This document shows, one piece after another, positions 1 through 9,820 of a stretch of DNA of 64,000 bases. A program made the position numbers and the translations under genes. How positions within the stretch are numbered: the stretch's first letter is position 1; the number at the start of each line of letters is the position of its first letter. The stretch is from an uncultured Clostridia bacterium. GTDB lineage: Bacteria > Bacillota > Clostridia > Christensenellales > UBA1242. The notes beneath the pieces are model-generated. The model saw only the letters and a list, made by a program, of their open reading frames with translations, was not told where the DNA came from and did no database searches. The stretch is taken from positions 35,996 to 99,995 of the forward strand of contig CANSRZ010000003.1 of assembly GCA_947649575.1 (NCBI GenBank). The letters are read 5' to 3'.

Positions 1-474
1 TGCGTTAACTTTATAAGAAAGCCCAAATCGCCATTTGCCAGTATTGCGTTTCATCAGATAGCTCATGCCAAAGCTGTCAACCAAAATGTTAAAAACAAAC
101 AAAAGCAGAAGCAAAAGCACTGGGCCTGCATGAATAACAAGTCCAACAGGCGCAACGACCTTTTCTTTTGTGAGCTGATAGACCAAAATTCCAGCCACAA
201 CAAGCACGTTAAGAGCAAAGAACACCCAATTTAAGATTTTACTTTTTTTGCTACTTTTTTTGGAAACTGTTTGCTCAATATCATCAAGCTTTTTTAGTTG
301 AGCCTCTTGCTCTTTCTGCAACAAAGTTTCTTGTTTATCTTTTACAGGCTCTTGAATCACAGAAGAGTTTTCCAAAGGTTCTTTTATCTCATTATTTTCA
401 GCATAAACACTGCTCTCTTCTTTGAGAACAGTTTGATTTTCTTGCAAATCCTGTTTATGCGAATTTTTACTCAT
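1..474 (-). CDS. Partial CDS (N-terminal part; gene continues past window start). Multi-pass membrane protein, tentatively of the flippase-like / LPG-synthase-TM (UPF0104) type
   Basis: Absent from the ORF track because it is open to the window edge. Reverse-strand ATG at 474-472 reads MSKNSHKQDLQENQ...SKILNWVFFALNVLVVAGILVYQL...LLLLLLFVFNILVDSFGMSYLMKRNTGKWRFGLSYKVNA with no stop down to position 1. The + ORF 298..495 is its antisense shadow. Confidence 0.55.
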   Translation of the reverse strand, partial: MSKNSHKQDLQENQTVLKEESSVYAENNEIKEPLENSSVIQEPVKDKQETLLQKEQEAQLKKLDDIEQTVSKKSSKKSKILNWVFFALNVLVVAGILVYQLTKEKVVAPVGLVIHAGPVLLLLLLFVFNILVDSFGMSYLMKRNTGKWRFGLSYKVNA

Positions 475-538
475 AACAATATATTAACAAAATAAAAAGC
501 CCTTTGTCAATCTTTTAACAAAGGGTTTTATAGAATAT

Positions 539-2371
539 TTAAACTTTAAACAAATCTTTATAGTTATGTTGATTGCGTTTAAATTGACAATTCTCTCTTA
601 AAACAAGGATATTAGCATTCTCGAAAGTAGAAAAATTGTCAGTGTTAAGTTCATCATAAAGCTTGTCAAAGATTGTTTTATCAACGCAAACATTAAGTCT
701 TTCTGTGTAAAGAGTTTGAATAGCGCCGTCGCCAAGAGCAACTTGCACACCATTAACGCCATTTACAATAATATCAAAAAGATTTTTGCACTCACCAGTA
801 TACATCATAATATGAATGCCGTTTTCAGTCATAACCATGCCAGAAAGGTCACCAATTTGACCTTCGCCATCATTATAAAGTTCAGCCCCTGCAAGAGTGA
901 ACTCTGAAACCATTTGAGAATAAGATTTATATCTTCTTCCGTCAGCAAGTTCAATAAAATCATCTTCTGTTGCCTGTGATTTGTTAACGCCCATAACATA
1001 ATTGCATTCTGCGTTCATAATGCCAGGGTCTTCATTATATTTATAGATAAATTCGTTGAATTTTTCCGCTTTAGCAATTGCAATTTGATTTTTATCAGTC
1101 AAGCCATCGCCAGCATGTTCAACTTGATATTTAATTTCTTCATACAAAGCTTTTGCGCTTCTTTCATAAACCATCAAATCTTTATCTTCAACCTCGTTAT
1201 AAATGCCTGTTGTGCTGTCTTTTGCTCTAACTGTTGGAGTTATTGCATCATATAAAGCGTCCATCTTTTCATTATAAACATTGATTGAAATGCGACCTGC
1301 TTCCAAGTCTGATTTAGCTTTGTTATATTGCTCAGTTTGAGTATCTGAGAATTTGAACAAAATATGAGAAACAGTATAAAATTTTGTATCGTTTTGACCG
1401 TCTTTGAAATAATAAATATCTTTAAGACCACTTAAAACATTATTTTCATATTCGCTGTCACCCTCAAGCACATATTGATTGTAAGAAGACAACACTTTAT
1501 TTGTGTAAAGTTCCAAAAGTTTAGAGTTTGTTACGTTTGAAGTTGTTGATTTATCTTTAAAAGAATCAGAATATTTTTCAATCATAAAGTTTTCATATAA
1601 AACCTTATAAATTCTGTCAATTTCTCTATCAAACAAAGCAGTCACAGTTTTGTCTTTTATGCTAGTCAATCCCTCTTCGCTTCTTTCAAGAGCTTTTCTG
1701 TATTCATTAAATGCTTTTGAATAAACATTTCCGCTTGTTGACATAACAAGTTTTACAAGATTATCATAAATAAGTTTTTTATCTTCTGGATTTGCAATAT
1801 CTTTTGCATTGGCAGGATCGAATTCAAAATCTGAAAGAAGTTCATCAAGACCTTTAACTTTCTCAATTTGATTTTGCTCATTTAAGATTGCTTGTTTTTC
1901 ATAGCCATTAAATTTAACAGCACTATCATCCTCTTCTTCTTCCTTAGAAGTTGTTCCAGTCACTTGATTTACATAGCTCATAAAGTTTTCTTCAAGTGCG
2001 TCGCTTGTTTCTTTCCAAAGATATGCCTTTTCTTTATCAGTCAAAATTTGGTCATTGCCATTTTTTTCTTTAAACATTTTTTCAGATGCTCTGATTGTAA
2101 GCTTCCTTGACTCAAGTTGTTCAAGAGTGCTTTTAACAGCTTCCTCTCTTGTTTGACCATAATATTGTTCAAAATAATAGCCATAACTGTTGTAAGCAGT
2201 TATCAAATCGCGCTTTGTGATTTCAATTTTGTTTTTATCCTGGTCAATGATTGTAGAAACAACGGCATTATAATATTTCTCCCAATTTCTTGTAATAAGA
2301 GAACAGCCTGTTAAAACAGACATTGAAAGCATCAAAACAGCCATGATAATTATAGTAAATTTTCTTTTCAT
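539..2371 (-). CDS. PrsA/SurA-like foldase lipoprotein with a C-terminal parvulin-type peptidyl-prolyl isomerase domain
   Basis: Start moved to MKRKFTIIIMAVLMLSMSVLTGCS, which has a lipobox (LTGC) and a GGAG 8 nt upstream. Parvulin-like motifs are present (FYTVSHILFKF and NGIHIMMYTGE). The position after mfd is typical for Clostridia. Confidence 0.7.
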   Translation of the reverse strand: MKRKFTIIIMAVLMLSMSVLTGCSLITRNWEKYYNAVVSTIIDQDKNKIEITKRDLITAYNSYGYYFEQYYGQTREEAVKSTLEQLESRKLTIRASEKMFKEKNGNDQILTDKEKAYLWKETSDALEENFMSYVNQVTGTTSKEEEEDDSAVKFNGYEKQAILNEQNQIEKVKGLDELLSDFEFDPANAKDIANPEDKKLIYDNLVKLVMSTSGNVYSKAFNEYRKALERSEEGLTSIKDKTVTALFDREIDRIYKVLYENFMIEKYSDSFKDKSTTSNVTNSKLLELYTNKVLSSYNQYVLEGDSEYENNVLSGLKDIYYFKDGQNDTKFYTVSHILFKFSDTQTEQYNKAKSDLEAGRISINVYNEKMDALYDAITPTVRAKDSTTGIYNEVEDKDLMVYERSAKALYEEIKYQVEHAGDGLTDKNQIAIAKAEKFNEFIYKYNEDPGIMNAECNYVMGVNKSQATEDDFIELADGRRYKSYSQMVSEFTLAGAELYNDGEGQIGDLSGMVMTENGIHIMMYTGECKNLFDIIVNGVNGVQVALGDGAIQTLYTERLNVCVDKTIFDKLYDELNTDNFSTFENANILVLRENCQFKRNQHNYKDLFKV

Positions 2372-2504
2372 TTTAGCTCCAATTTTAAGTTTAGATTTTT
2401 TGATAAACATATAATAACACATTTAAACAAGATTTTTCAAGTGTTTTGATAAGTTTTTTATAACTTTAATATAAGTTATTGCCAGTTTAGGCAAATAAAA
2501 ACCC

Positions 2505-5500
2505 TTATTTATTACTGTTTTTGACGCTTTTAAAGAATGAAATTAAAAATTCAAGCTTATCTTTAACTGTTCCTTTAGGCTCAAACACAATTTTTGCAAG
2601 ACTGTCAAAAGCAAGTTTGCCGCCAAACTCACCCATTTTGAGTGCAAGCATAGGATTTACAACATCCTGCGATTTTTCTAGATAGATTATGCAGTCAGAA
2701 TTATTTATTCTTATCCTGTTTATGCCATAGCCGTTTGCCATATTTTTAAGAAGTGCAATATTACATAGATTTTTAACTTCATTAGGCACACTTCCAAAGC
2801 CGTCAGATAAAGATTTTAAAAGTTCATCACGATTTTCAGGAGTGCCAAGCTCGCTGATTTTTGTGTAAAGCACAATGCGCTCGTCACTGTCAGAGATATA
2901 ATTGTCTCCTATATAAGCGTCAAGAGCAACTTCCATTTTGATTTCTTTGCTTTCTTCTTTTGTTTGACCTTTAAGTTCTTGCGTTGCCTCGTCAAGCAGT
3001 TTCACAAACATGTCATAGCCAACTTTGGCAATATGACCATGTTGCTCTTTGCCAAAAATATTGCCAGCCCCTCTGATTTCAAGGTCGCGCATTGCGATTT
3101 TAAATCCGCTTCCAAGAGTAGAGAACTCTTTTATAGCACTCAGCCTTTTGTAAGCGTCAACAGAAAGCACTTTGTTTTTATCAAATGTAAGATATGCATA
3201 GCTAAGTTTATCACTTCTGCCAATTCTTCCGCGGATTTGATAAAGTTGTCCAAGCCCAAGTTTATCAGCGTCAACAATTATCATTGTGTTGGCAGATGGC
3301 AGGTCAATGCCGTTTTCTATAAGCGTTGTTGAGATAAAAACATTAAATTCTTTCTCATAAAGTTTGTTTATCACATTTTCAAGCACGCGCTCTTGCATTT
3401 GACCATGCGCAACTCCTACTTTTGCCTCAGGAACAAGCCTGCGAATATGAGAAGCAAACTCGTCAATATATTCAACGCGATTAAAGATTACAAATGCTTG
3501 ACCGCCTCTTGCAAGTTCGCGAGAAAGCACATCTTTGATAAGCTGGTCACTGTTTTCAACAACGTAAGTTTGAATTGGCAATCGATCACGAGGCGGAGTT
3601 TCTATTATAGAAATGTCCCTTATGCCTGAAAGCGACATGTTAAGCGTTCTTGGGATAGGCGTTGCTGAAAGAGAAAGTACATCGATATTTCTTTTGGCGT
3701 TTTTAATTTTTTCTTTGTGTTCAACGCCAAAACGCTGTTCTTCATCAAGCACCAAAAGCCCAAGATCTTTGAAAACAACGTCGCTGCCAAGCAAGCGATG
3801 AGTGCCAATAAGCATATCGATTTCGCCATTTGCAAGTTTTTTGAGGATTTCTTTTGTCTGAGCAGGAGTTTTAAAGCGATTTAACACTTCGACGTTAACT
3901 CCAAAAGGTTCAAGCCTTGCTTTGCTGTTTATATAATGTTGCTGAGATAGGATTGTTGTTGGGCACAAAAGTGCAACTTGTTTGACGTTATAAGCACACT
4001 TAAAACAAGCCCTGAGTGCAACTTCAGTTTTGCCAAAGCCAACATCTCCGCAAATTAGCCTATCCATAACTTTATGACTTTCCATATCATGACTGATATC
4101 CGCAATAGCCTTTGCTTGGTCAGTTGTAAGTTGAAAGCCGAACGCGTCGTCAAAAGATTTTTCAAGATATTCATCACGTTTAAATTTATATCCAACAGCC
4201 TTTTCGCGCTCTTTATACATTTCTGTCAAAGAGAATGCCATCTCTTTGAGGCTGTCTTTAACCCTCGCTTTAAGTCTAGCAAATTCAGCTCCTCCAAGAG
4301 AAGAAAGTTTTGGCTCTTCTTCGCTTCCAATATAAGCCGAAATAGAGTTTGCCTCTTCTGTTGGAAGATAAAGCATGCCACCATTTTTATATTCAATCAC
4401 AAAATAATCCTTTTCATAATCTCCAAGACGCATGCGCTCAATTTTGATGCACTTGCCAATGCCGTGAAAAGTGTGAACAACATAATCGCCAAGCTTAGGC
4501 AGATAGAAAACTGAATGTTTTCCTTTTGAAAAAGCCGTTGTTTGTTGACGGAAAAGATTGTCTGCGCCAATGCCAACAATATTTTCTTTCAAAAATGAAA
4601 AAGAATATGGAAAATTCAACTCAGAAATATATACTTTGCTTTCCCAAAAAACCTCGCTATCAAAATCATGATAAAGCACGCCATTATCTGTCAAAAACTC
4701 AGCAAGTTTTTGTTTGCCTTTATCGCTTCCGCCAAAAAGGATAACCCCCTGCCCCATTTTGAGATAACTTTCTATGTCATATTTTAAAGCCATAAAGTCT
4801 GTTATATAATTTCTTGTCGCCGTTGATTGATTAAGATAATCACTGTCAAGACCGCTGTTATCAAAGCAAAAATCTGCTTTTTGAGATAAATTTTCAAAAT
4901 CAACATAGTTTTTTTCGTCAAAAACGCTCATTGCTTTATAACTTGATTTTAAAAGTTCAAACTCGTCATCAATTCGCTTAGGCTCGTCAATGATTTTGCA
5001 GCCATTTAAGTCAAAGATATTATTCTCGCCAATTGGCAAGCTTGAAATTGATAAAGAAACTTTATCAATTTCTTGCAAGTTTTTCATCTCGGCAGGGTCA
5101 AAATAATGAATTGCCTCGACCATATCATCAAAGAATTCAATTCGAACAGGCTTTTCGTTGCCCACCATAAAAACATCTAAAATGTCACCTCTCAAAGCAA
5201 ACTGACCTTTATCAGAAACAAGACTGACACGTTCATAGCCATTTTTTGAAAGATGTTCAATGATTTTATCAATCGAATAATTCTCACCCTTTTTGACAAC
5301 AACGTTGTGCAAAAAAACTGAAAGGTCAAATTTGACCATTGCTGAGCATGGCAAAAATATCAGTGCGTCAAGTTTGTTTTCAAGATAAGCATTAATGCCC
5401 TCAACAAAAGGAAGAAGATTTTTATCATCCGCCTCTATATTTTCCCTTGCCGAAGATATAATCTGAACGCGTCTGCCAAGTCCCTCAAGCCCGCGCTTGA

Positions 5501-5651
5501 TTTTGCCAGCCTCAGAAAAATCTCCGCACACAAAAATCAGAGGTGACTGCATCTCCGTCAAAACAATTTTTTCTCCTATGCCAAGGCCTGAAATCTTTTT
5601 GCCTTGCATAAAAAGTTTTTTAAGTCTTAAATTAAAATTTGTGTTTTTCAT
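2505..5651 (-). CDS. mfd: Transcription-repair coupling factor Mfd
   Basis: SF2 helicase motifs GDVGFGKTEVA, LVLDEEQRFG, SATPIPRT and QLYQIRGRIGR, plus a C-terminal TRCF domain. Overlaps the pth stop by 4 nt, matching conserved pth-mfd synteny. Confidence 0.95.
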   Translation of the reverse strand: MKNTNFNLRLKKLFMQGKKISGLGIGEKIVLTEMQSPLIFVCGDFSEAGKIKRGLEGLGRRVQIISSARENIEADDKNLLPFVEGINAYLENKLDALIFLPCSAMVKFDLSVFLHNVVVKKGENYSIDKIIEHLSKNGYERVSLVSDKGQFALRGDILDVFMVGNEKPVRIEFFDDMVEAIHYFDPAEMKNLQEIDKVSLSISSLPIGENNIFDLNGCKIIDEPKRIDDEFELLKSSYKAMSVFDEKNYVDFENLSQKADFCFDNSGLDSDYLNQSTATRNYITDFMALKYDIESYLKMGQGVILFGGSDKGKQKLAEFLTDNGVLYHDFDSEVFWESKVYISELNFPYSFSFLKENIVGIGADNLFRQQTTAFSKGKHSVFYLPKLGDYVVHTFHGIGKCIKIERMRLGDYEKDYFVIEYKNGGMLYLPTEEANSISAYIGSEEEPKLSSLGGAEFARLKARVKDSLKEMAFSLTEMYKEREKAVGYKFKRDEYLEKSFDDAFGFQLTTDQAKAIADISHDMESHKVMDRLICGDVGFGKTEVALRACFKCAYNVKQVALLCPTTILSQQHYINSKARLEPFGVNVEVLNRFKTPAQTKEILKKLANGEIDMLIGTHRLLGSDVVFKDLGLLVLDEEQRFGVEHKEKIKNAKRNIDVLSLSATPIPRTLNMSLSGIRDISIIETPPRDRLPIQTYVVENSDQLIKDVLSRELARGGQAFVIFNRVEYIDEFASHIRRLVPEAKVGVAHGQMQERVLENVINKLYEKEFNVFISTTLIENGIDLPSANTMIIVDADKLGLGQLYQIRGRIGRSDKLSYAYLTFDKNKVLSVDAYKRLSAIKEFSTLGSGFKIAMRDLEIRGAGNIFGKEQHGHIAKVGYDMFVKLLDEATQELKGQTKEESKEIKMEVALDAYIGDNYISDSDERIVLYTKISELGTPENRDELLKSLSDGFGSVPNEVKNLCNIALLKNMANGYGINRIRINNSDCIIYLEKSQDVVNPMLALKMGEFGGKLAFDSLAKIVFEPKGTVKDKLEFLISFFKSVKNSNK

Positions 5652-6169
5652 TTCTTTATCTTTTCAATTATAACTTCACAAGCCTCATCAGTCGCCTTAT
5701 CAAAAAGCTGACTGTCCTTGATTTTTGATAGCACAAAATCAGCCAAGTCAAGCCTTTCATCTCTGCCAATTCCAACGCGAACTCGCTCAAACTCTTGACC
5801 GATATAGCTCACAATAGAGCGCAAGCCGTTGTGCGTTCCTGAACTTCCATTTTGTCTGTATCTTATCACGCCCGCTGGCAAATCGATGTCATCTACAACA
5901 ACGATTATCCTTGCATCTTTATATTGTTTTTTAAGCAGCACAACGCATTCGCCCGAGTTATTCATATATGTCAAAGGCTTAGCCAAAAGCACCTTTTCGC
6001 CCTCTATTATTCCCTCCGCGATTTGCGCTTTGTATTTTTCTTTATTAAAATTTGTTCCAATCTTTTTTGCAAGTTTATCAACCGTCATAAAGCCAATATT
6101 ATGATAAGTATTTTCATAATTTTTGCCAAAATTGCCAAGTCCAACAATAATAACCATAATCTTCTCCAA
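5648..6169 (-). CDS. pth: Peptidyl-tRNA hydrolase
   Basis: N-terminal IVGLGNFGKNYENTYHNIGF, then GTHNGLRSI and RVGIGR motifs. Length is 173 aa. Confidence 0.95.
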   Translation of the reverse strand: MEKIMVIIVGLGNFGKNYENTYHNIGFMTVDKLAKKIGTNFNKEKYKAQIAEGIIEGEKVLLAKPLTYMNNSGECVVLLKKQYKDARIIVVVDDIDLPAGVIRYRQNGSSGTHNGLRSIVSYIGQEFERVRVGIGRDERLDLADFVLSKIKDSQLFDKATDEACEVIIEKIKK

Positions 6170-6282
6170 TCATAAATTTTAATAATTTATCAATATTTAA
6201 CGTTTTTTGATATTTTTTATTAAATATTTACATATTTTCTATAAAATTTAAAGCATACAAAATTTTTGTATGCTTAAAGATT

Positions 6283-7155
6283 TTAATATTTTCTCCCTGC
6301 AATGTCAAGACCTTTTAAGGTTTTTCTCATTGCAATATTACTGTCTATAATTCTGCAACCAAGCAAATCACACTCTTCGCCAATAATGGAATTTGCAATA
6401 ACATTGTTTTCTTGCAAAGTTACTCCTCGACCAATCACGCAAGAGCCTTTTATTGCATTGTTTGGCATTATGACAACATCATTGTCAATCTCAACATCGG
6501 CATCAATAATTGTTGTGTTTCTATCAAAAATCACAACTCCATTTTTTTCATGATAATTCAAAATTTTCTTTTGCAAATATTTTGTTGCTTGAATCAAACT
6601 TTGCCCATCTTTAACTTGCAAAAAAGCCTCTTCATCAAACTTTTCAAGACAAGTCAAAATAAAGTTATCAATGTCTTTCAAAAATGCTGTTTTAAAAACA
6701 TAGCCACGCAGTAAAGTTAACGCATTAAGTCTATTGCGAGAAAAATAGTCCATAATCTTCAAAAGCAGATTTTTGTAAATCAGCGGTGTATCGCTATAAA
6801 GCACAAATATAAAAGGTTTGTTTGTTTGAATAAGTTTAAGCGTGTCAATAATGTTTTCATTATCACCCACAAACTTTGTTTCAAAGCCCCCTGTTGACAT
6901 AAGAAGCCAATCAAGCATTGGTCTGCCACAGATATGCGTTCTGTAATGATTAAATCTGTTATCGCCGTCTTTTTTGACAATAACAAACAGCACCTCATCT
7001 TTAACCCAGTCAACTGTATTAGGTGCAAACGCCTCTTCTGGCAAAACAGAACTTTCCTCTTCAAAATCCTCCTCTTTTGGAAGATTGTCAAGGTCAAATG
7101 CAATCTGATTTTTTGCAATTTCTTTTTCAAATTCAATGATTTCAGTAGTTTCCAT
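6283..7155 (-). CDS. GlmU-like protein: nucleotidyltransferase-like N-domain plus a short left-handed beta-helix, with a degenerate active-site signature
   Basis: Occupies the glmU position upstream of pth. The C-terminus has hexapeptide-repeat character (DADVEIDNDVVIMPNNAIKGSCVIGRGVTLQENNVIANSIIGEECDLLGCRIIDSNI). Where GlmU has LAAGxGTRM this protein has VKKDGDNRFNH. Only 290 aa. Confidence 0.45.
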   Translation of the reverse strand: METTEIIEFEKEIAKNQIAFDLDNLPKEEDFEEESSVLPEEAFAPNTVDWVKDEVLFVIVKKDGDNRFNHYRTHICGRPMLDWLLMSTGGFETKFVGDNENIIDTLKLIQTNKPFIFVLYSDTPLIYKNLLLKIMDYFSRNRLNALTLLRGYVFKTAFLKDIDNFILTCLEKFDEEAFLQVKDGQSLIQATKYLQKKILNYHEKNGVVIFDRNTTIIDADVEIDNDVVIMPNNAIKGSCVIGRGVTLQENNVIANSIIGEECDLLGCRIIDSNIAMRKTLKGLDIAGRKY

Positions 7156-7270
7156 AACTCAATTATATACAAAACCTATAAAAAATCCAAACAATTTCAA
7201 AAAAACTATCAAATTCATTTCTATTATTTTGAAATTTGTGTTAAAATGTGAGTGTTAAAAGGAGAAATTT

Positions 7271-8395
7271 ATGACAAAATTAAAATCAAGTTATAAAAAT
7301 CTATTATTTATTATTGGCGCAATCCTTATGCTTGTGGCATTATCTTTTTCTTGCTTTACAATCTCAGCTCCTGCTGAGGCAAGCGACAATGCAACAACTA
7401 CTGCTGCTGAGGCAACCTCAAACTCAATCAGCGTAAGCGTAAAAAACAGACAAGGCGAAAATTATTCACCAGAAGTTTTAGGCATTCCTGACAAGTTTGA
7501 CGGCATTGATGAACAAGGCTACATTTGGGCAAATACTGGCTATTTCAACATTGGCTATACAACAGGAAGCGAAACTATCAATGCAAATGCTGACGGCAAA
7601 TATAACTATTCATTATCAGTTCAATTCTTGCAAAAAAGACCAACCTCTGACGGCATTTGGGGTCTTGGAGAGGGAGACCAAGCTGAATACTTCAACAAAC
7701 GCCCTATTCAAGAATTCACTGGCGTGAAAGATAGCCTTTCTGAAATTGCAAACTTTAATTATTATGTAGACAAAGACGAAAATGATGAAAGCAAAGTTTC
7801 TTTCGATTATGGTTGGGGTTTATACAGATTTACACTCACAATCAATCAAGTGAATATACCATCTATTCTTTATTATGTAGAGCCATCAAGAATTATTGAA
7901 GCCCCTACTGTAACAATGAAAGAAATTGAATCTTTGGAATCTTATGAAAGTTCATATCTTTTCACTATCACAACAGAAAGCTATAAATATGTTGACCAAA
8001 ACTTAATTCGCTGGTATTTGAAAGGCGAGGGTTATAATGGCAAAACTTATTGCTTGCAACAAGCAGACCTTGGGACATCAAAATTCCCATCTTCTGAATA
8101 CAGAGCGCTTTTCACTGAAGAAATCCAAAGAACTGGAAACACATTTGAACTTCAAACAACCACTGGTGGAGTTTGGAATGTTTATTGTGAAATTTATGAC
8201 ACAGTTCCAACTGCAGAAAATTTTGATCAATTAACTCCTGTTTATTCAACAGAGCAAAATCCTATCTCTGTTGAAACTGGCAAGAAGATGAACAAGCAAT
8301 GGATAATCTGGGTTATTGTTGGATGTGGCGTTGTTCTTCTTGGAGTTATCATTTTTATCATTGTTAAATCAGTTAAGAAAGAAAAAGTTTGGTAG
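7271..8395 (+). CDS. Hypothetical type-I surface/membrane protein (signal peptide plus C-terminal TM anchor)
   Basis: AAAAGGAG RBS. N-terminal signal LFIIGAILMLVALSFSCFTISAPAEA. C-terminal WIIWVIVGCGVVLLGVIIFIIVKSVKKEK. No motif I recognise. Confidence 0.7.
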   Translation: MTKLKSSYKNLLFIIGAILMLVALSFSCFTISAPAEASDNATTTAAEATSNSISVSVKNRQGENYSPEVLGIPDKFDGIDEQGYIWANTGYFNIGYTTGSETINANADGKYNYSLSVQFLQKRPTSDGIWGLGEGDQAEYFNKRPIQEFTGVKDSLSEIANFNYYVDKDENDESKVSFDYGWGLYRFTLTINQVNIPSILYYVEPSRIIEAPTVTMKEIESLESYESSYLFTITTESYKYVDQNLIRWYLKGEGYNGKTYCLQQADLGTSKFPSSEYRALFTEEIQRTGNTFELQTTTGGVWNVYCEIYDTVPTAENFDQLTPVYSTEQNPISVETGKKMNKQWIIWVIVGCGVVLLGVIIFIIVKSVKKEKVW

Positions 8396-8410
8396 TGACC
8401 AAATATCACC

Positions 8411-8602
8411 CGACTGTCAGCAATCTTAATTCAAATTTAAGTTTTATCCGTTCATAACAAGCCTCACGCTTGGCGACTGTCTGATAACTTAATTCAAATT
8501 TAAACTTTATCCGTTCATAACAAGCCTCACGCTTGGCGACTGTCTTAAAACTATACTCAAATGCAAACTTTATCCGTTCATTTCAAGCCTAACGCTTGGC
8601 GA
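8411..8602. repeat. Three tandem copies of a 63-bp unit in the convergent intergenic region (3' UTR of 7271..8395)
   Basis: Units start at 8411, 8474 and 8537 (CGACTGTC...). They share a conserved ~41-nt core, ACTTTATCCGTTCATAACAAGCCTCACGCTTGGCGACTGTC. A ~22-nt AT-rich part diverges most in copy 3. Confidence 0.9.
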
Positions 8603-8640
8603 GCAACCAAATGTTGCACGAGTGGCAAAAAACGAAATCA

Positions 8641-8673
8641 AAAAACGTTTAACAAATTGTTAAACGTTTTTTT
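8641..8673. terminator. Bidirectional intrinsic terminator
   Basis: AAAAACGTTTAAC-aaatt-GTTAAACGTTTTT: a perfect stem flanked by an A-run and a T-run, lying between convergent genes. Confidence 0.8.
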
Positions 8674-8674
8674 G

Positions 8675-9073
8675 TTATAAAACATTGTGGATGCTTGCGC
8701 CCATAAAATGCAGATAGCTATGGCAATACAATGACAAATGTTCAAGACTGATGCGGAAATCATCAATATTATCAATCACAATACACCCTTTCAGCCTGGC
8801 AATTTCAACTCCAATCTCTTGAATTGATTTATGGTTGACCATATAGCACATCTTGCTTTCATTCTTAGCCCATGTATATTCGAGATTGTCCACCATTATA
8901 ATAATTTCACTGTCAAGCAGCGCATCTTTCTCTTGCAAGACTTGTTCAATAGCTAAAACATCATTTTGCACAGCTTTAAGCGAGCCACTTACAATAACCT
9001 CTTCCAAAATGCAAATTCCAACAAGAAAGAGAAATATTAAAGCAAAATTTATGTAATGAAAAATTTTTGTCAT
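8675..9073 (-). CDS. DUF4363-type small membrane protein
   Basis: 132 aa with a single N-terminal TM. Its start overlaps the stop of the upstream DUF421 gene by 4 nt, which is the usual DUF421/DUF4363 pairing in spore formers. Confidence 0.6.
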   Translation of the reverse strand: MTKIFHYINFALIFLFLVGICILEEVIVSGSLKAVQNDVLAIEQVLQEKDALLDSEIIIMVDNLEYTWAKNESKMCYMVNHKSIQEIGVEIARLKGCIVIDNIDDFRISLEHLSLYCHSYLHFMGASIHNVL

Positions 9074-9783
9074 GCCTGCACCACCCCGCTGGTTGCAAAG
9101 CTTTGAGCCTCACCTTTTTTGCATTGCAAAAATGCTTGACCGTTTTGGTCAACTGAAAACAAAAGCACATCTTTATAACTTTTGCAACCTTTGCTTTTTA
9201 TGATTTCTTCAAGTTTGCTTCTTTCTACGCCAGCAAGCTTCAAGTTTTCTTCCATAAACTTTCCCTCGTTGATAAGAGTGATTGGAATAAAGCTATCCTC
9301 CGCACCTGTTTCAAGATCTCCATTCGTTGCAGGAGAAAACTCAGCCTTTGGCAGCACGCTAATTTTTCCGTTTGTTTCCATAATTGCATACTGCACCTGA
9401 GCAATAGAAAAGTATCCGCAATTGCGCAGAGCAGCCAAAATATCATCTATAGAAAGATTGAGCATTTTGATAGCCTTATAATCAATGCCTTTTGGATTTA
9501 TCACAATCACAGGTTTGCCAGAGATGAACTTGCTAAACCAAGTTGAACTTTTTGAGATTAGAGTTAAAATAAAATGCAAAATTGTCAGTGTAAACAATGG
9601 AACAATGCCATGAAGCACTGGCACAGAAACCTCTGCCATTGGGATTGTGGCAAGGTCAGCGATAATAAGGGTCAAAACAAGCTCAAAAGGTTGCATTTGA
9701 CCAATTTGCCTTTTGCCCATAATTCTGAAAATCAATAATACAATAAGATAAATTATGATTGCTCTTAAAACTATTGTAACCAT
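9070..9783 (-). CDS. DUF421 (YetF/YdfS-like) membrane protein
   Basis: N-terminus AIIIYLIVLLIFRIMGKRQIGQMQPFELVLTLIIADLA is the characteristic DUF421 opening. Length is 237 aa. Confidence 0.75.
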   Translation of the reverse strand: MVTIVLRAIIIYLIVLLIFRIMGKRQIGQMQPFELVLTLIIADLATIPMAEVSVPVLHGIVPLFTLTILHFILTLISKSSTWFSKFISGKPVIVINPKGIDYKAIKMLNLSIDDILAALRNCGYFSIAQVQYAIMETNGKISVLPKAEFSPATNGDLETGAEDSFIPITLINEGKFMEENLKLAGVERSKLEEIIKSKGCKSYKDVLLFSVDQNGQAFLQCKKGEAQSFATSGVVQA

Positions 9784-9820
9784 AGTCTTATGTTAAGCAA
9801 ATTTCAAAAATATATTCATG

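Noticed and set aside
298-495. 65-aa + strand ORF at the window start
   Set aside because: It is antisense to a much better-supported partial membrane-protein CDS (1..474, - strand), has no RBS, and has an odd composition.
8411-8602. Possible CRISPR array (a conserved ~41-nt part alternating with a ~22-nt variable part)
   Set aside because: There are only three units. The 'spacers' of units 1 and 2 are themselves largely identical (CTTAATTCAAATTTAA). The repeat has no CRISPR-like palindromic ends and there are no cas genes in the window. It is a diverging tandem duplication.
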